Source of the DNA: Curvularia clavata
Lineage: Eukaryota
Length of the DNA: 64,000 nt
Direction: 5' to 3'
Assembly (NCBI GenBank): GCA_023920165.1
Contig: CP089278.1
Coordinates: 496,001-560,000, forward strand
Under the pieces are notes generated by a model. The model did not search any database. It had not been told where the DNA came from and saw only the letters and a list, made by a program, of their open reading frames with translations. This document shows, piece by piece, positions 11,805 to 23,170 of this stretch. The translations under genes and the position numbers were made by a program. Position 1 is the first letter of the stretch. Each line of letters opens with the position of its first letter.

Positions 11805-12692
11805 ATGGCTTTACTTCCCGGTAGCAAAGCGTCCAATGAGCGCCTTGTATTTGTCAAGAACGTCCCCAGCTACGTGCCTCAGGAGCAGATTGCCAAGCTT
11901 TTCTCGCCATACCATCCAATTAGTACAAAGAACATATACAAAGGAAGCAGCATCACCACAATTGTCATTGGGTTTCGCTCGGCTAGCGACGCCGCGCGTG
12001 CTCAACGAACAACAGATGGGAAATCGCTAGGCAATGCTGTCATCAAAGTGGAAATGTACGAACAGCGGCGCTCGATCCGGTACCTCAGGGACCACGGACA
12101 TACGAACCTGCCGTCGGAAGCGGATGAGGAAGTAGACGAGACGGAAAGGCCGGGCAAAGGGTTCACACCGAAAGAAGCACCAGCTCACTTCCCACCTCTT
12201 TACCCAGCTCCAGTCAAGATACCCAGTACAGCACCACAAGGCAATACATGGGCGCGCATTGCGAGCAATCAACGTGCCCAAGGCGCCACCAATGCGCCTG
12301 CCATTACTCCAGCAGACGAAGAGCGAACACCTGTCTCAACACCCGTTGCCACACCGCGCATACCAACAGCCATGCCCATCAAACCTTTCGACGTCAAACA
12401 CCAGACGCCAGACTCGTCTCCTCCAGCCGCCGTCTCCCTCGGCAACGCCACTCCAGACGCCATCTTCATCCCTCCTGATATCCCTCCCAGCCCTGAAGAC
12501 ATGCGCACAGAGACTGAGATCGAATACCGAATTCGACGGTGGGGCGAGATTCTAGGATGGGCACAGAGCAGTAGCAGCGATGTTGCTCAGAGCATGCAAT
12601 CTGAGCCTTTTGAGCCTCTGGACACAACAGCACGAATCCAGCATCGACACGCTCGTCACTGCGCTTTTTGTATGAGGAGGGAGATGGCTTGA
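11805..12692 (+). CDS. RRM-domain protein with a Pro/Thr-rich disordered tail
   Basis: 295-aa ORF. The N-terminal RRM-like pattern is LVFVKNVP...IVIGFRSASDAARA...DGKSLGNAVIKVEM. A branch/acceptor-like GCTAAC...TAG at 11734-11749 suggests a possible upstream exon. Confidence 0.75.
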   Translation: MALLPGSKASNERLVFVKNVPSYVPQEQIAKLFSPYHPISTKNIYKGSSITTIVIGFRSASDAARAQRTTDGKSLGNAVIKVEMYEQRRSIRYLRDHGHTNLPSEADEEVDETERPGKGFTPKEAPAHFPPLYPAPVKIPSTAPQGNTWARIASNQRAQGATNAPAITPADEERTPVSTPVATPRIPTAMPIKPFDVKHQTPDSSPPAAVSLGNATPDAIFIPPDIPPSPEDMRTETEIEYRIRRWGEILGWAQSSSSDVAQSMQSEPFEPLDTTARIQHRHARHCAFCMRREMA

Positions 12693-13679
12693 ACTAAATG
12701 AGGCAAAGCGGGTTCAGGCAGTGCTGATGTGCTGCTGAGAGGGCTTATGTGATGCATGATGAAGTGCGCACGTTGGGAATCTTCTTGCTTGGCGATTCTT
12801 TGCAGTCGGTGAGAGGACGATGACGTTGGCAATGAGAAGTTGCGTGGGTGTGTTTTTGTCAAACATCTACGGGGTGGATTTGGGTATCAAGGACGACATG
12901 GGAGGCTCAGGATAAGGTTCTTCGGAACACGGGGTTGCCGACTTTGAGGAAAAGTCAAAAGGCTGAGTAGAGTTTTTGCAGTACTTGTCGCGAATATATC
13001 CCGTATCAGATTCGTAGTAGGTATGTGCGAGGTACTTGGCATTTCTACGGCTCCGCCCGGGAGCCAGCCCGTGTACTCCGTACAGTGTAATGGTAATCAA
13101 AAAGCATCACGCGCCGTCTTATTCGAGCCGCTACGCTACCGATCTTAGTCCGTATGCCCGCATCATCGTAATCCTCCAACTGGATGCTCTAGCTGCCGCG
13201 CGCTCTCGCCCTCACCACACAAACAAGGCGCTTGACGCGTATGCCTTTTTTCTCACGGGAACCAGAACCATAATTTTGTCTCAGTCTCAGCACCGCCCGT
13301 CCGCAGATCCCCATTATTAGAAATCCCCGTACCTAGGCTCACACCCAATCATCGTCTGAGACTGTTTCGCAACAAGACCACGCCCCGCGCCCCGCCTCGC
13401 CGTCGCCGACCTCCTTTGCTCCCCTTCCTTTGCCACACACACCGCAGCTTGCGGGACGTACTAGATAAGGCTTGCCTTCCCCAAAACAGACTCCCTCTCA
13501 GCCCCAAGAACAGATTGGAAAAAAGTCCCTGCATAATATTTTTTGTTTTGCTGCAGCTATCCCTAGCTTTTATCAACGTCTTTTTGCGCTCATCGTTACA
13601 TACACGTTTTTGCTACCCCCCAGCCCCACCAACCATCTTCACAGCCACCCCAAAGACCTACCTAGCGTGCTAGCCAATC

Positions 13680-14027
13680 ATGCCCCGCTTCCTTAAACGC
13701 ATATTCCCAGAACACCTCTTCCGCAGGGAGGGCGCCGCAGGCGCAGATGTTAGCGGTCTCCAGCGCTCGCGACGGGTTCTAGTGCGCCCTTCGAACCCGG
13801 CGCTGTACGAGACTGCGGCGTCGAATTGGCGGCTGGGCGTGTTTTACGAGGGTGAGGGCGATGCAGCTGTGAATGCCGAGGAGAGGCGCGCGTTGAGGGA
13901 TGCAGCGAGTGAAGCGGAGAGTAGGTGTAGTGGGAAGCAGGGAGTGGCCGACGAGGGGACGGTGCAAGGGAGGAAGGCGGAGAGAGTGAGGAGAAGGCTG
14001 AGTAAGAGGCATAGGATGCCGGGGTGA
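13680..14027 (+). CDS. Hypothetical small basic protein
   Basis: 115-aa ATG ORF preceded by a C/A-rich leader typical of fungal 5' UTRs. No recognised domain. Confidence 0.45.
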   Translation: MPRFLKRIFPEHLFRREGAAGADVSGLQRSRRVLVRPSNPALYETAASNWRLGVFYEGEGDAAVNAEERRALRDAASEAESRCSGKQGVADEGTVQGRKAERVRRRLSKRHRMPG

Positions 14028-17000
14028 AAGAGGTTGACATTTGGAGTTTCTGAGGGCGTTATGGGTGTTGGCGTCAGGAGACGGAGTGCTGGACGGCCTT
14101 GGAACGGGACGTAAAGCAAAGGCGCGTGCTGAGTGTTAGGATGAAGCGCAATGCTGTTCGCGGAATGGCGGCGCTCTCGCAGCGTCGTGATCCAGGGCGA
14201 GAACAAGTCTCATACGAGGAGAGCACAAGAAGAGAGCATCATGGCTGCGACGTGATCATCATAAGGTCAGACTCGGAAACGATGGGTTGCTAGGATCCAT
14301 CTGCACTATGTTCGAAATGGCCTCTCTCTTCTAGGAGCCAAAGCAGGATCCCGGGGGAAATGGGCGTTGGCTAGTTTCGCCCCGACCTGTCAGCTTGGCT
14401 GAATACTCAAAATATTACAATGCTCGTGCGATATGCCATCTAGCTTGTGACTCTAGCGCTTGTGCAGCTTTTCTTTGTTATGGGGGGTTTCTGAGGCTAC
14501 CCGATCCGTATACGAAACTTGGAAGGAGCATGATCGATCGCTGGTATTGGGAGTATTGGCTCTTGCGCCTCTTTCTCTATTGCCTGAACATTTTCATCTT
14601 CGCTTTGAGAGTGAAGAGCCGGTGTCCAAAAGACTCGATACCGCAGCTAGTCGATATTTCAACTTCACTCACCAAGAGACCCAACGATGCCTTCTGTTGT
14701 AGTCCCGCAGATTTGAATACAACGCTCAGTACCGCCTTCATTCGCGGAGTGCCGCCTGGCTCAGTCTGATGCCGGTCTCAATATCTGAACATATCACGTG
14801 CGTGGTATTCGATACCCGCCTTCTTCCAAACTGAAGGCTTGCTTATATGACTCATGATGTGAGAGAAAGATAGTTCCATTCAATCATAGGGTTGAGCCAG
14901 AGTATATACCGTAGTAGTGAACACGTGATCTCAACATTCAACAGTGCCTAGTGCTGTGTGCGGTCAAGGTATCTTTCTTTTGCGAAGAGAGATTTTTCAC
15001 ATTATTCAAATAAGTAGATAAACTCCAGGACGTGACTGCTGTTCCAATTTCTCCTGTTTACATCTGAGCAAAATCCCGTTTTGATGATATGGTAGTGGGC
15101 AGAAGTAGTATACGTATCGAGAACATGGACGAAGCCGCTTTTTGAGATTGTGGTAATCTTGAAATTTATTCTAGGTGAGACCTAGGCCTCCAACGATTAC
15201 TTCTCGCTTGTCATAAACGCAGTAGCTAAAAATGGGGAGTTGAGTTTGGACTGGTAGAAGCAACGCCGTACAGTCGCATCCTAAGAGGTTGAAAGCAACT
15301 GTATCTTTGAGACGCACCCTCCACGCAGTCTTAATCACATACGTCTCTGCCGAGCGAGACGCCCATAGTATTTGCATCATTTATTGAAGATTGCCCCATC
15401 CATTGCTTCAGTCTGAAAGGTTCAGCGACAACTTGCATCCACTGGCCAGAAATGTGTAAAAGAAGCTACCTCCGAATTTATCAGAGGATTCACAAGCATT
15501 AGTCCACGGTTTGGAGTCCAAGGCTTTAGTCGTGATTTCGAACAGATACTCGCAAAGCCTTTGGGGAATAGCTTATGAAAGAACTTCGCAACCACGGTCT
15601 CGCTGTGGCCCTTCCCGATAACTATCCTGTACATATCAACTTGCCAGCCGCCTTCTTTCTCAAGGCCAGAAGGGAAGGCGCAGGCAGCGAGGCATGCCGG
15701 ACTCGTAGAAGCGAAGGTTGTAAAGGCTAGGATAGGAATAATTGGGTAGATATTGTTGTTGATGTTGGCCGCTGCAAGGATTTGGAAGCGTGTTATGAGT
15801 AGTTGGTACCACGACTTGATGTCTTGGAAATCTTCAATCATAAAAATACCGTGGTATTGTTTATGGATCTTGCCTCGGTCTAGAAGTAAACCACAACTTA
15901 ACACACTACTCAATCCCGACATAATTTCGTATTCGGTGCTGGTATCATGTACATTGAGAAACAAGAACGCCTGTGTCTTAGCAATGACGCAATTGGTTCG
16001 TGAGGAATACTGTTGATAGCTCTAATTTCTATGCCCGAAGATTCATCGCAATTGAAAACAATAAAGAGAATAACGAAGAATCTTAATACATAAGGTTTAG
16101 TTCGTATGTAGAAAGTGCCAAACATCGAGACTAGTTCCAAGGCATGAGACCTGAGTAGGATCTTTTGCTCGTGTTACAACGGCGGCAGCCGATGCGGTGA
16201 TGCGTAAGCATAGCAAAGACGATAGCATGATATTATGCTCAATATCATCATTTTATAGAATGGCTTTTGTTCCATCAAGAATTCGCTTGAGACGCGCAAT
16301 TCCTGTATGCTCGCGTCTTGGCAGTTGTTTCACGCTGCGGTTCTTTTAATGATGTAAGCACTGTGTACAGCCATCCCTAAGTGTACTAAAGGAATACTCT
16401 CGTTGTACAAGCATTAGTGATTAGAGGATTAGCAAAGACATTTGACGCACTCAGACAAGAAGTCTGATGCTTGGTTGGCTGAGAGCGGAACAATGGCAAT
16501 AACCATGTCCCTTACTATCAACTCATCACCTTGCTGTTGGTGACGGTGCGAGCTTAAGAGCTTTTGCTTTCAATTTTTTAAAGAATTGCAATTTTCAGTA
16601 GGAAACAAGAGTCATCGCTGTAAAAGTCACAACTACGAGCGAGCAAGTTCAACCATTCTAGGAAACTTGAATTGATGTGTTGACCTTCTGAAATTCTCAA
16701 AGCAAATATCCTCTTATAGGAGTGGATACTTTTCCAAGTTAAGAGACTAAGATTTCAGGCGTCTGGTAATTAATAGACTCAGCGATGGAGTTTCTTCACT
16801 CATAACGGGCTTTGCAGGGTATTCACGTGCTCTCGGTTAAGGACTTGAGATCTCCATCTGATACTAACCGCTTTAAGCATACCAGCAAACCACGGCAAGG
16901 ATATGTATTCAACGGTAGTATGTGCCGGTAATCTGCTTCAATTGGATATATGATTGGCAAGGAAACAATGACGTGTTCGATCAGAGACGTTACGCGATTC

Positions 17001-20000
17001 TAGCGATCAGAAACGTGCGTAAAGTTCTACAGCCACAAATGCATTGGTTGTAGCCCGAAGAAGAATATCTTGGGAAGTTGAGAAAGGTTCTCTCTAGTCA
17101 TGAAGGTCGTAGGTGATGATGGTATTATATGCCTAAATGTCATGCGATGCTTCGACCTTTTAAAACTCGGGGAGCGGAGGTTGGTTTAGGTAGCAGTCTA
17201 GTTTGATCGACACCGTTAGCAATCAAAAGAAATATATCAACCAACGTCCATGGTTTCATTGAGCGCCCTATGATGATGTGCCGAAGCAGCTGCAGCGCCT
17301 GCCAACTCATCAAATCTACACAACAAAGAAAATTGCGGGGTAAATAACGGGATGTTTCGCGTAACACTTCAAATAGTCCCAACATGGCAATATAACCCCG
17401 TGCACGGTACGCCTGCTATTCTATTGACTATTTGGAGGCGTTTCTTCAGCCTCTTGCAAAACTCTACCAAGGGACGTATCAATGCTACCCACAAAGGAAC
17501 ATGGAAATCAACGGCTTCTGGAATGAGGCTGGGGTTCAATCTTTCAAAAACCCCGCGCGCTTATTCAACGTCGGAAACTTGGTTTTTGATGCGTCACACG
17601 GCCAATCCGGGACGGAAACTGCATCCTTACGAAAACCGCGGACCGGAGTCTAGGCTCTAGGATAGCAACTCCGCCCCAGATATGACACCGATCACGGGAC
17701 TTTCCGTTCGACTTCTCCGACACGGGATGGTGCTTATAGAAGGCTGATTCAGCAACGACTACTGAGTATATCGAAGGCCATGGCAATGTATGAACATGCA
17801 TCAAAAACTTGAAAAGAATCGTTCATAGTTAAGTATGCGGGTGATCTCGTCAACTTCTCCCGCCTCTTATCTCTTAGTCGCGAGGTGGAGTTACTTAGTG
17901 CCTCGGCTCATCGTTGCATGGATCATCTTGGCGCTCTACATATTCAGATTTGATATCGCGATCTGGAGCGGCAGTTATTCGGAAGACTATGATTCGTAAA
18001 AATGCCCATTGGGGATGGAGAGTTGCGTAGATTTTGTATATCATATGAGCGGTATCCGCTTTAATACGGTGACTGCTGTGGACTACACACTATCCTTTGG
18101 TTACCGCTACAAAAGCTCCGATCACTGTCCTCTTGTATATTTATACGTTGGAATTTCCATAACATACTGAATTGCCAAGACTCTCCAGATCCGAAATCTC
18201 GATTTGCTGGCCCGTTTTCTCTCACTCTTGGCAAATGACCATGGTCCTCAGCAGGTCTCCTGGCTTCAACAAAAGACCAAGCAGATAAACAAAGGACCGC
18301 ATATCCGCGGCATTGTCAGGCCGGAGCACCATCCGAATTGGTCACTTTTGTATGTTAGTAACATCAGACCGGCCAATTGATCATTTCTTTCCCGCTACAG
18401 CACATACTACTAGGCAGGCATTCCCTGCGACCAGCACGACTCTTTGTTCAACATACTCATGGCTACCATGCTTAAACCTGACATTCAGAGTCCCTTCGTG
18501 GAAATGCCATCATGCTTGTGGCCGGTTCTCGGACTAGGTACACCCGCTCTATCTCGCTTAAGAATGTTCGACATGCAAGCTAATGACGCACGTTGCTGCA
18601 CCCACGATTGTCTAAGTGCGGACTTTGTTCCGGTTCAATGACTCCGTCCTTTCTGTGTCTTGAGAGGCGGAGAATTTGTTCTTATTTGATCCCGTTTGGT
18701 TAAATTTGCTGCCGTTTCAACCAAGGCTCAAACGGGACAGGAGTTGAGTTGTTGGGCGCTTCGTGAGGCTGGAAGGTTTCGTCTAGCGCTTGGCTGTCTG
18801 GTCGGCCATTCTGATGATGTCGTTTTCGCTGACCATGCCGCTGCCCTTTGCCGTGCAATAGGCTAGTCCATGGCCTTCATGTTGCTCTTGTTTCGTCACT
18901 CCCCACTCCGCTGATCTAAGGGTAATACGCTTACCATGCATGTGGTATCGGTCCTTCTGCTACTTTCTCGTCACCGCTCATTCGACTAATGGTCTATATG
19001 ACTAGCAGGCGTTGCGACCCAATGGTCGGGACATGGTTTTGTTATTACACGCTGTTACACCAATTGGATCGGCGCGGCGCCCTATGGCTTTGTTGATAAT
19101 TATCCTACCATGCTACTGTTAAGGCTGGGTAGCATCTGTGAAGGAACCATTCGCATGCATGGGATGGCTCGAAACCGCAGAAGCTTTATCCCAGGCCACG
19201 TTCAGACTCGATACGCCTTGATAATATGTCCTTGGATTCAGCAGTTAATGTTGCCCTCGTGGCTCGCCAAGTCAGACTTTCATATAGCCACCAAAACCAG
19301 CAGCGATTGCCGCGTCCGGGGATGGAGCCTTCGACGGAGGCTGACCCGTACCCCTCTCTCCGTACATCGTACGGTTGAGAATACGCTCTATATGCTTGCG
19401 TCCCGTATGGCATCGTGGCTGCCCCCTCTTCATCCGAACCTGATGCATAGGACATATCATGTCAACCGCCAAAAGCCCATGCTGTCTTGTTGTTCTTCCA
19501 CATCAGCCCGTCAATGTCCCGGCCCTTTCAGTGACCCAGCGCCCTTTTTGGGTGCTATATTTATGCGAAAAGCACTTCTTCCGCAATCGCTGTCTTGACA
19601 ACACACGTCTGCCAGCTCGTCCATCTTCACTGCCTCTGATCACTGCCGCACACACCGTCATCGGTCTGACAAGCCACTTGTGTATTTGTTAGCCATAAAA
19701 GACGCGTGGAATCAGCCAGAACATGAAGTGCTACCCTGATCCCTCCTCATTCATGCATATGCGGCTAGACCTTGGTTGCATGTAGCAGTTTCCCGTGCTC
19801 CAGCGAGCTCTTCCAGCGGCGTGCACATGCTTTCTCCGTGGTGAGGCGAAGGCAAAAGCGAGGCAGGGCTTTCAGCCTGAGGTGCCGCCACTTTACTCGT
19901 CCCACTTTCTAGGCAGGTTGGCCACATAGACGGGGCTCCTTGCCTGCTCGAGGGAGGTTCAAGTCTCCAGAAGCATATAGCGATAACGACACCAGCGTAG

Positions 20001-22834
20001 CCATGAAGCCTTTTTAAAGTCCTCAGTGTGAGTGTCGGATAGAATATCGCACAGTTTGCCTTCTGTCCACCCGCTCCAGGCTGCCCAGAGTACTCACTAT
20101 CTCTGTATACGTGTAGTTCCCCTCATGTGTGCCAGCCAACCATGTCACTCATCGAGCGGGGACATGCAACCAGGCTGGCGAGGCCGATTCGACCCACCGT
20201 GAAAGTGGCACCCACCAATCCGCAAACAGGCAGCTTAGTCTCTCCCATGCACCGAAGGCGCCGGCGACCGCAGCGCTGACCCACACAAGCACAGCACTTG
20301 CTCGTCTCGGGATCAAAATTGCGTGCGACCTTCTTCCTTAGCTACTCCGCCGTTCATGTACCCACGCCTACCCAGCATCGCTTTGCTCTCACATGACAGC
20401 AAGTGTGTGCGGAGTGCCGTGTAGCAAATTTCAACGTCAAGTCATAATCAGCGACCATGGCAGTCACTGACGGAGAGCTAACCTAGGCCTTGTCTGTTGT
20501 CAAAATGGCCAGAAATCACATCGCCGCGTCAGAGACGCCCAAAGAAGCTAAGTTCATCAACGGATCAATTGTTTGCGCAGCTATTTGCAAAGCTACCTGC
20601 GGTCGCAGTAATGGCCGCAGCTCTCATGTTTTATTGTAATGGCTGGTGTGGCTCCGTGCACGACACGAGGCCGTCCCTAGGTCGGATGGCACCACAACAG
20701 CACCTCAGCTTTTGCATCAGCTGCTATCGACTTACTCTGCTGCAGATATGCCCTGGATAGCCCAGTGCTCAATGAAATCAAACAGCCATAGCTGTGCATT
20801 TCAATCTATCTCTGCTGAAGCAATTGGCTCGGCAATGTGGAGTTGCTGCCTCATCTGACGACGAGGCACACTGGTTGAGGTGGTTGACGAAAGCATGCTG
20901 CATCATATTGCCACCGCATTGACTACAACACCACGCTCACGCCTTGAGTATTCTCTGTGTGGGCTCACCGGTAGGAAGGCCGGAATCATGGAGCCCTCTT
21001 CATAGGCCACGGGGGGGCAAGCATTCCATGCTGATTATGCGTGAAAGAGTAGGCGAGCCAACGCCGATGCGTTCGTCAAAGCTATGACAGAAGGTGACAT
21101 GAATTTCAGGGATATGGCCTCCTCTCTGGTCAACCAAATACCGCTCGCCACGTCAGAGGATCTCCGATGGGGCAGGCTTTGGCCGGTTCTAGTGTCTGCC
21201 CGGGGAGTCCAGGTGATTGCTTTGATATGCGACGGCGGGCTAGGTTCCGCATAAACTTCACGCCATCCTGTTATCTGAGTGAGGCATGCCTGTCAGCGTG
21301 CAGGACCTAGTTAGTCAAAGACTGGGCCCGCCACGGTAAACGCCATCCGTTGAGTGGAGATAGAGATCAGGTGAATGGAGGACCCAGTCCATGCAAGGCA
21401 ATATGCATGCGGAGGTTGCTAGCGCTCTATGCGGGTGGCAATGTTGGATTACCAGACGTAATGTCTAACATGTAGTACTGCAGCAAGTGGAGATAAGATG
21501 ACTGGCTCAAAGTGGCTGGCCGAGGGCGACTTGGGTCCATGGTTTAGAGGCCGGCAAGTCGCTGACTGGCGAAGAGGGGCGAATGAGAATCTCGATTGGA
21601 GACGAGAAGCGATGGGACTCTATCGGTGAAGCTGATTGATGCTACACAGATTGATTAGCTTGGCCAAATACACGAAACGTTGGGGGAAGAGTATGGAACG
21701 TAGCCTGCCCTGCAAACGCCCGACAGTCCGCGAGTACAACTCGTGCTAGAATTTCAGAGAGCAAATAACGCCCAATTGAGAGCGCCGCTGATACGTGCGC
21801 TCCAGACGTTGGTCAATGCATCTGGCAACGGCTGACCGTAGCTCGTAACGGAGAAGGGGTGCCCAGGACTCTCAGGGTTTGCTGGCGTACTTTCCTCCTT
21901 TGGCGTCCGCCGTTGGTACCTCAACGGAGGCCATTGACCAATCGCTTATCACTCCCGTGAAAGAATCTCTGGAGCGGACGGTGACTCGGCATGAACCAAA
22001 CGGCACGTGATCACAACTCGGTTCAGAAATGCTCCATCTCCTACAGCATGAGAGGTCCGGAATGCTCGAAAGCGACATAACACACCATCCTGGAGCGCCA
22101 GCTAAGACATTTCGACAAGGTAGATGAGGGGTTTTCCACATTCTGAGCCCAGGGTTACGTGGTTCGTGAAGCCACGACGCGTTGATCCCCTAGCATATGT
22201 GATAACTCTCTGCAGCTGGAAACGCCGGCACGGCCTAGGGTTCCATTGCAGCCCGTCTCCGCATTGTTTTAGCGTCAGAATGAAAGGGATTTGCGAATCG
22301 TAGCGATGTCGTTGGACAGGACCGGGTGGGGTGCTACCACGTCGACGGCAGGATACGCCATGGCAACAATCTATGGTCTGACAACGAAACCGTCTCGGGC
22401 GGCAGGGACGGCTCGCAAGGGCGGCGAAAGGTATGGATCCAAAAGGATAAATAGCGGTATACTGCTGCTCTCAGTTTGACCCTACGCTCAACTCAATAGG
22501 AACTTCCAGTCATTGACGAGAACTTCTGAGCATCTTCCAACTTTTGCGACATCGAGTCCAAACAACCGGCCTACCTCTTGACCCTAGACCTTGTACACCA
22601 TTGTCCAAGGCTCTCTGTCATCCAACCATTTCGTGTATGTGCCTTCGAGGCCGGAGGTCGAAGGCCCCTGAACTGACCCTATTCAGGTACGCGATCCGCT
22701 GGTCCTATCAAACAGGTCCTGTGTCTGAACGACGGGTGATACGTAAGTATTGGATATCTGAAGCCCAAACAGCTCGACACCCAACACTAATGTATAGTTA
22801 AGCTCAAGTCGACATAACTCTTCAAGTCTGAAAC

Positions 22835-23170
22835 ATGTGCTTCTACGACCAGCACCGTTTTGCTTGCGGCGATTGGAAGTGGGGCCACTTCCGCCAGCAT
22901 TGCGCTAAGGAGTACCGAATCGGCGAGACATGCGGCATGAAGCTCATCATGCAAACGGTTCCTACTGGCACGTATTGCAAGCTCTGTGAGAAGATCAACA
23001 CCAAGATGCGCCGTCGAGCCGCGGAGGTGGATCGTGTTGGCCGATGGCAGCGCGAGCCTCACAAATTCGGAGCCTCTATCGAGAAATCCATGGAGATGAT
23101 TCGCGGATTGGATGGAGAGATCTGTGAGCTAACCAACGAGCGCAACCGCAGACTGCAAGCGATTTACTGA
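22835..23170 (+). CDS. Conserved-looking small fungal protein with a Cys-rich N-terminus (putative Zn-binding) and a C-terminal coiled coil
   Basis: 111 aa (MCFYDQHRFACGDWKWGHFRQHC...ETCGMKL...CKLCEK...). Strong codon bias, aaacATG context, and candidate 5' UTR introns at 22635-22686 and 22743-22797. Confidence 0.85.
   Translation: MCFYDQHRFACGDWKWGHFRQHCAKEYRIGETCGMKLIMQTVPTGTYCKLCEKINTKMRRRAAEVDRVGRWQREPHKFGASIEKSMEMIRGLDGEICELTNERNRRLQAIY

Noticed and set aside
18200..22500. Search for a telomerase RNA template (TAACCCTAA) or spliceosomal snRNAs in the gene-poor intervals
   Set aside because: No full template or snRNA signature was seen on either strand by eye. A covariance-model search would be needed to exclude them.
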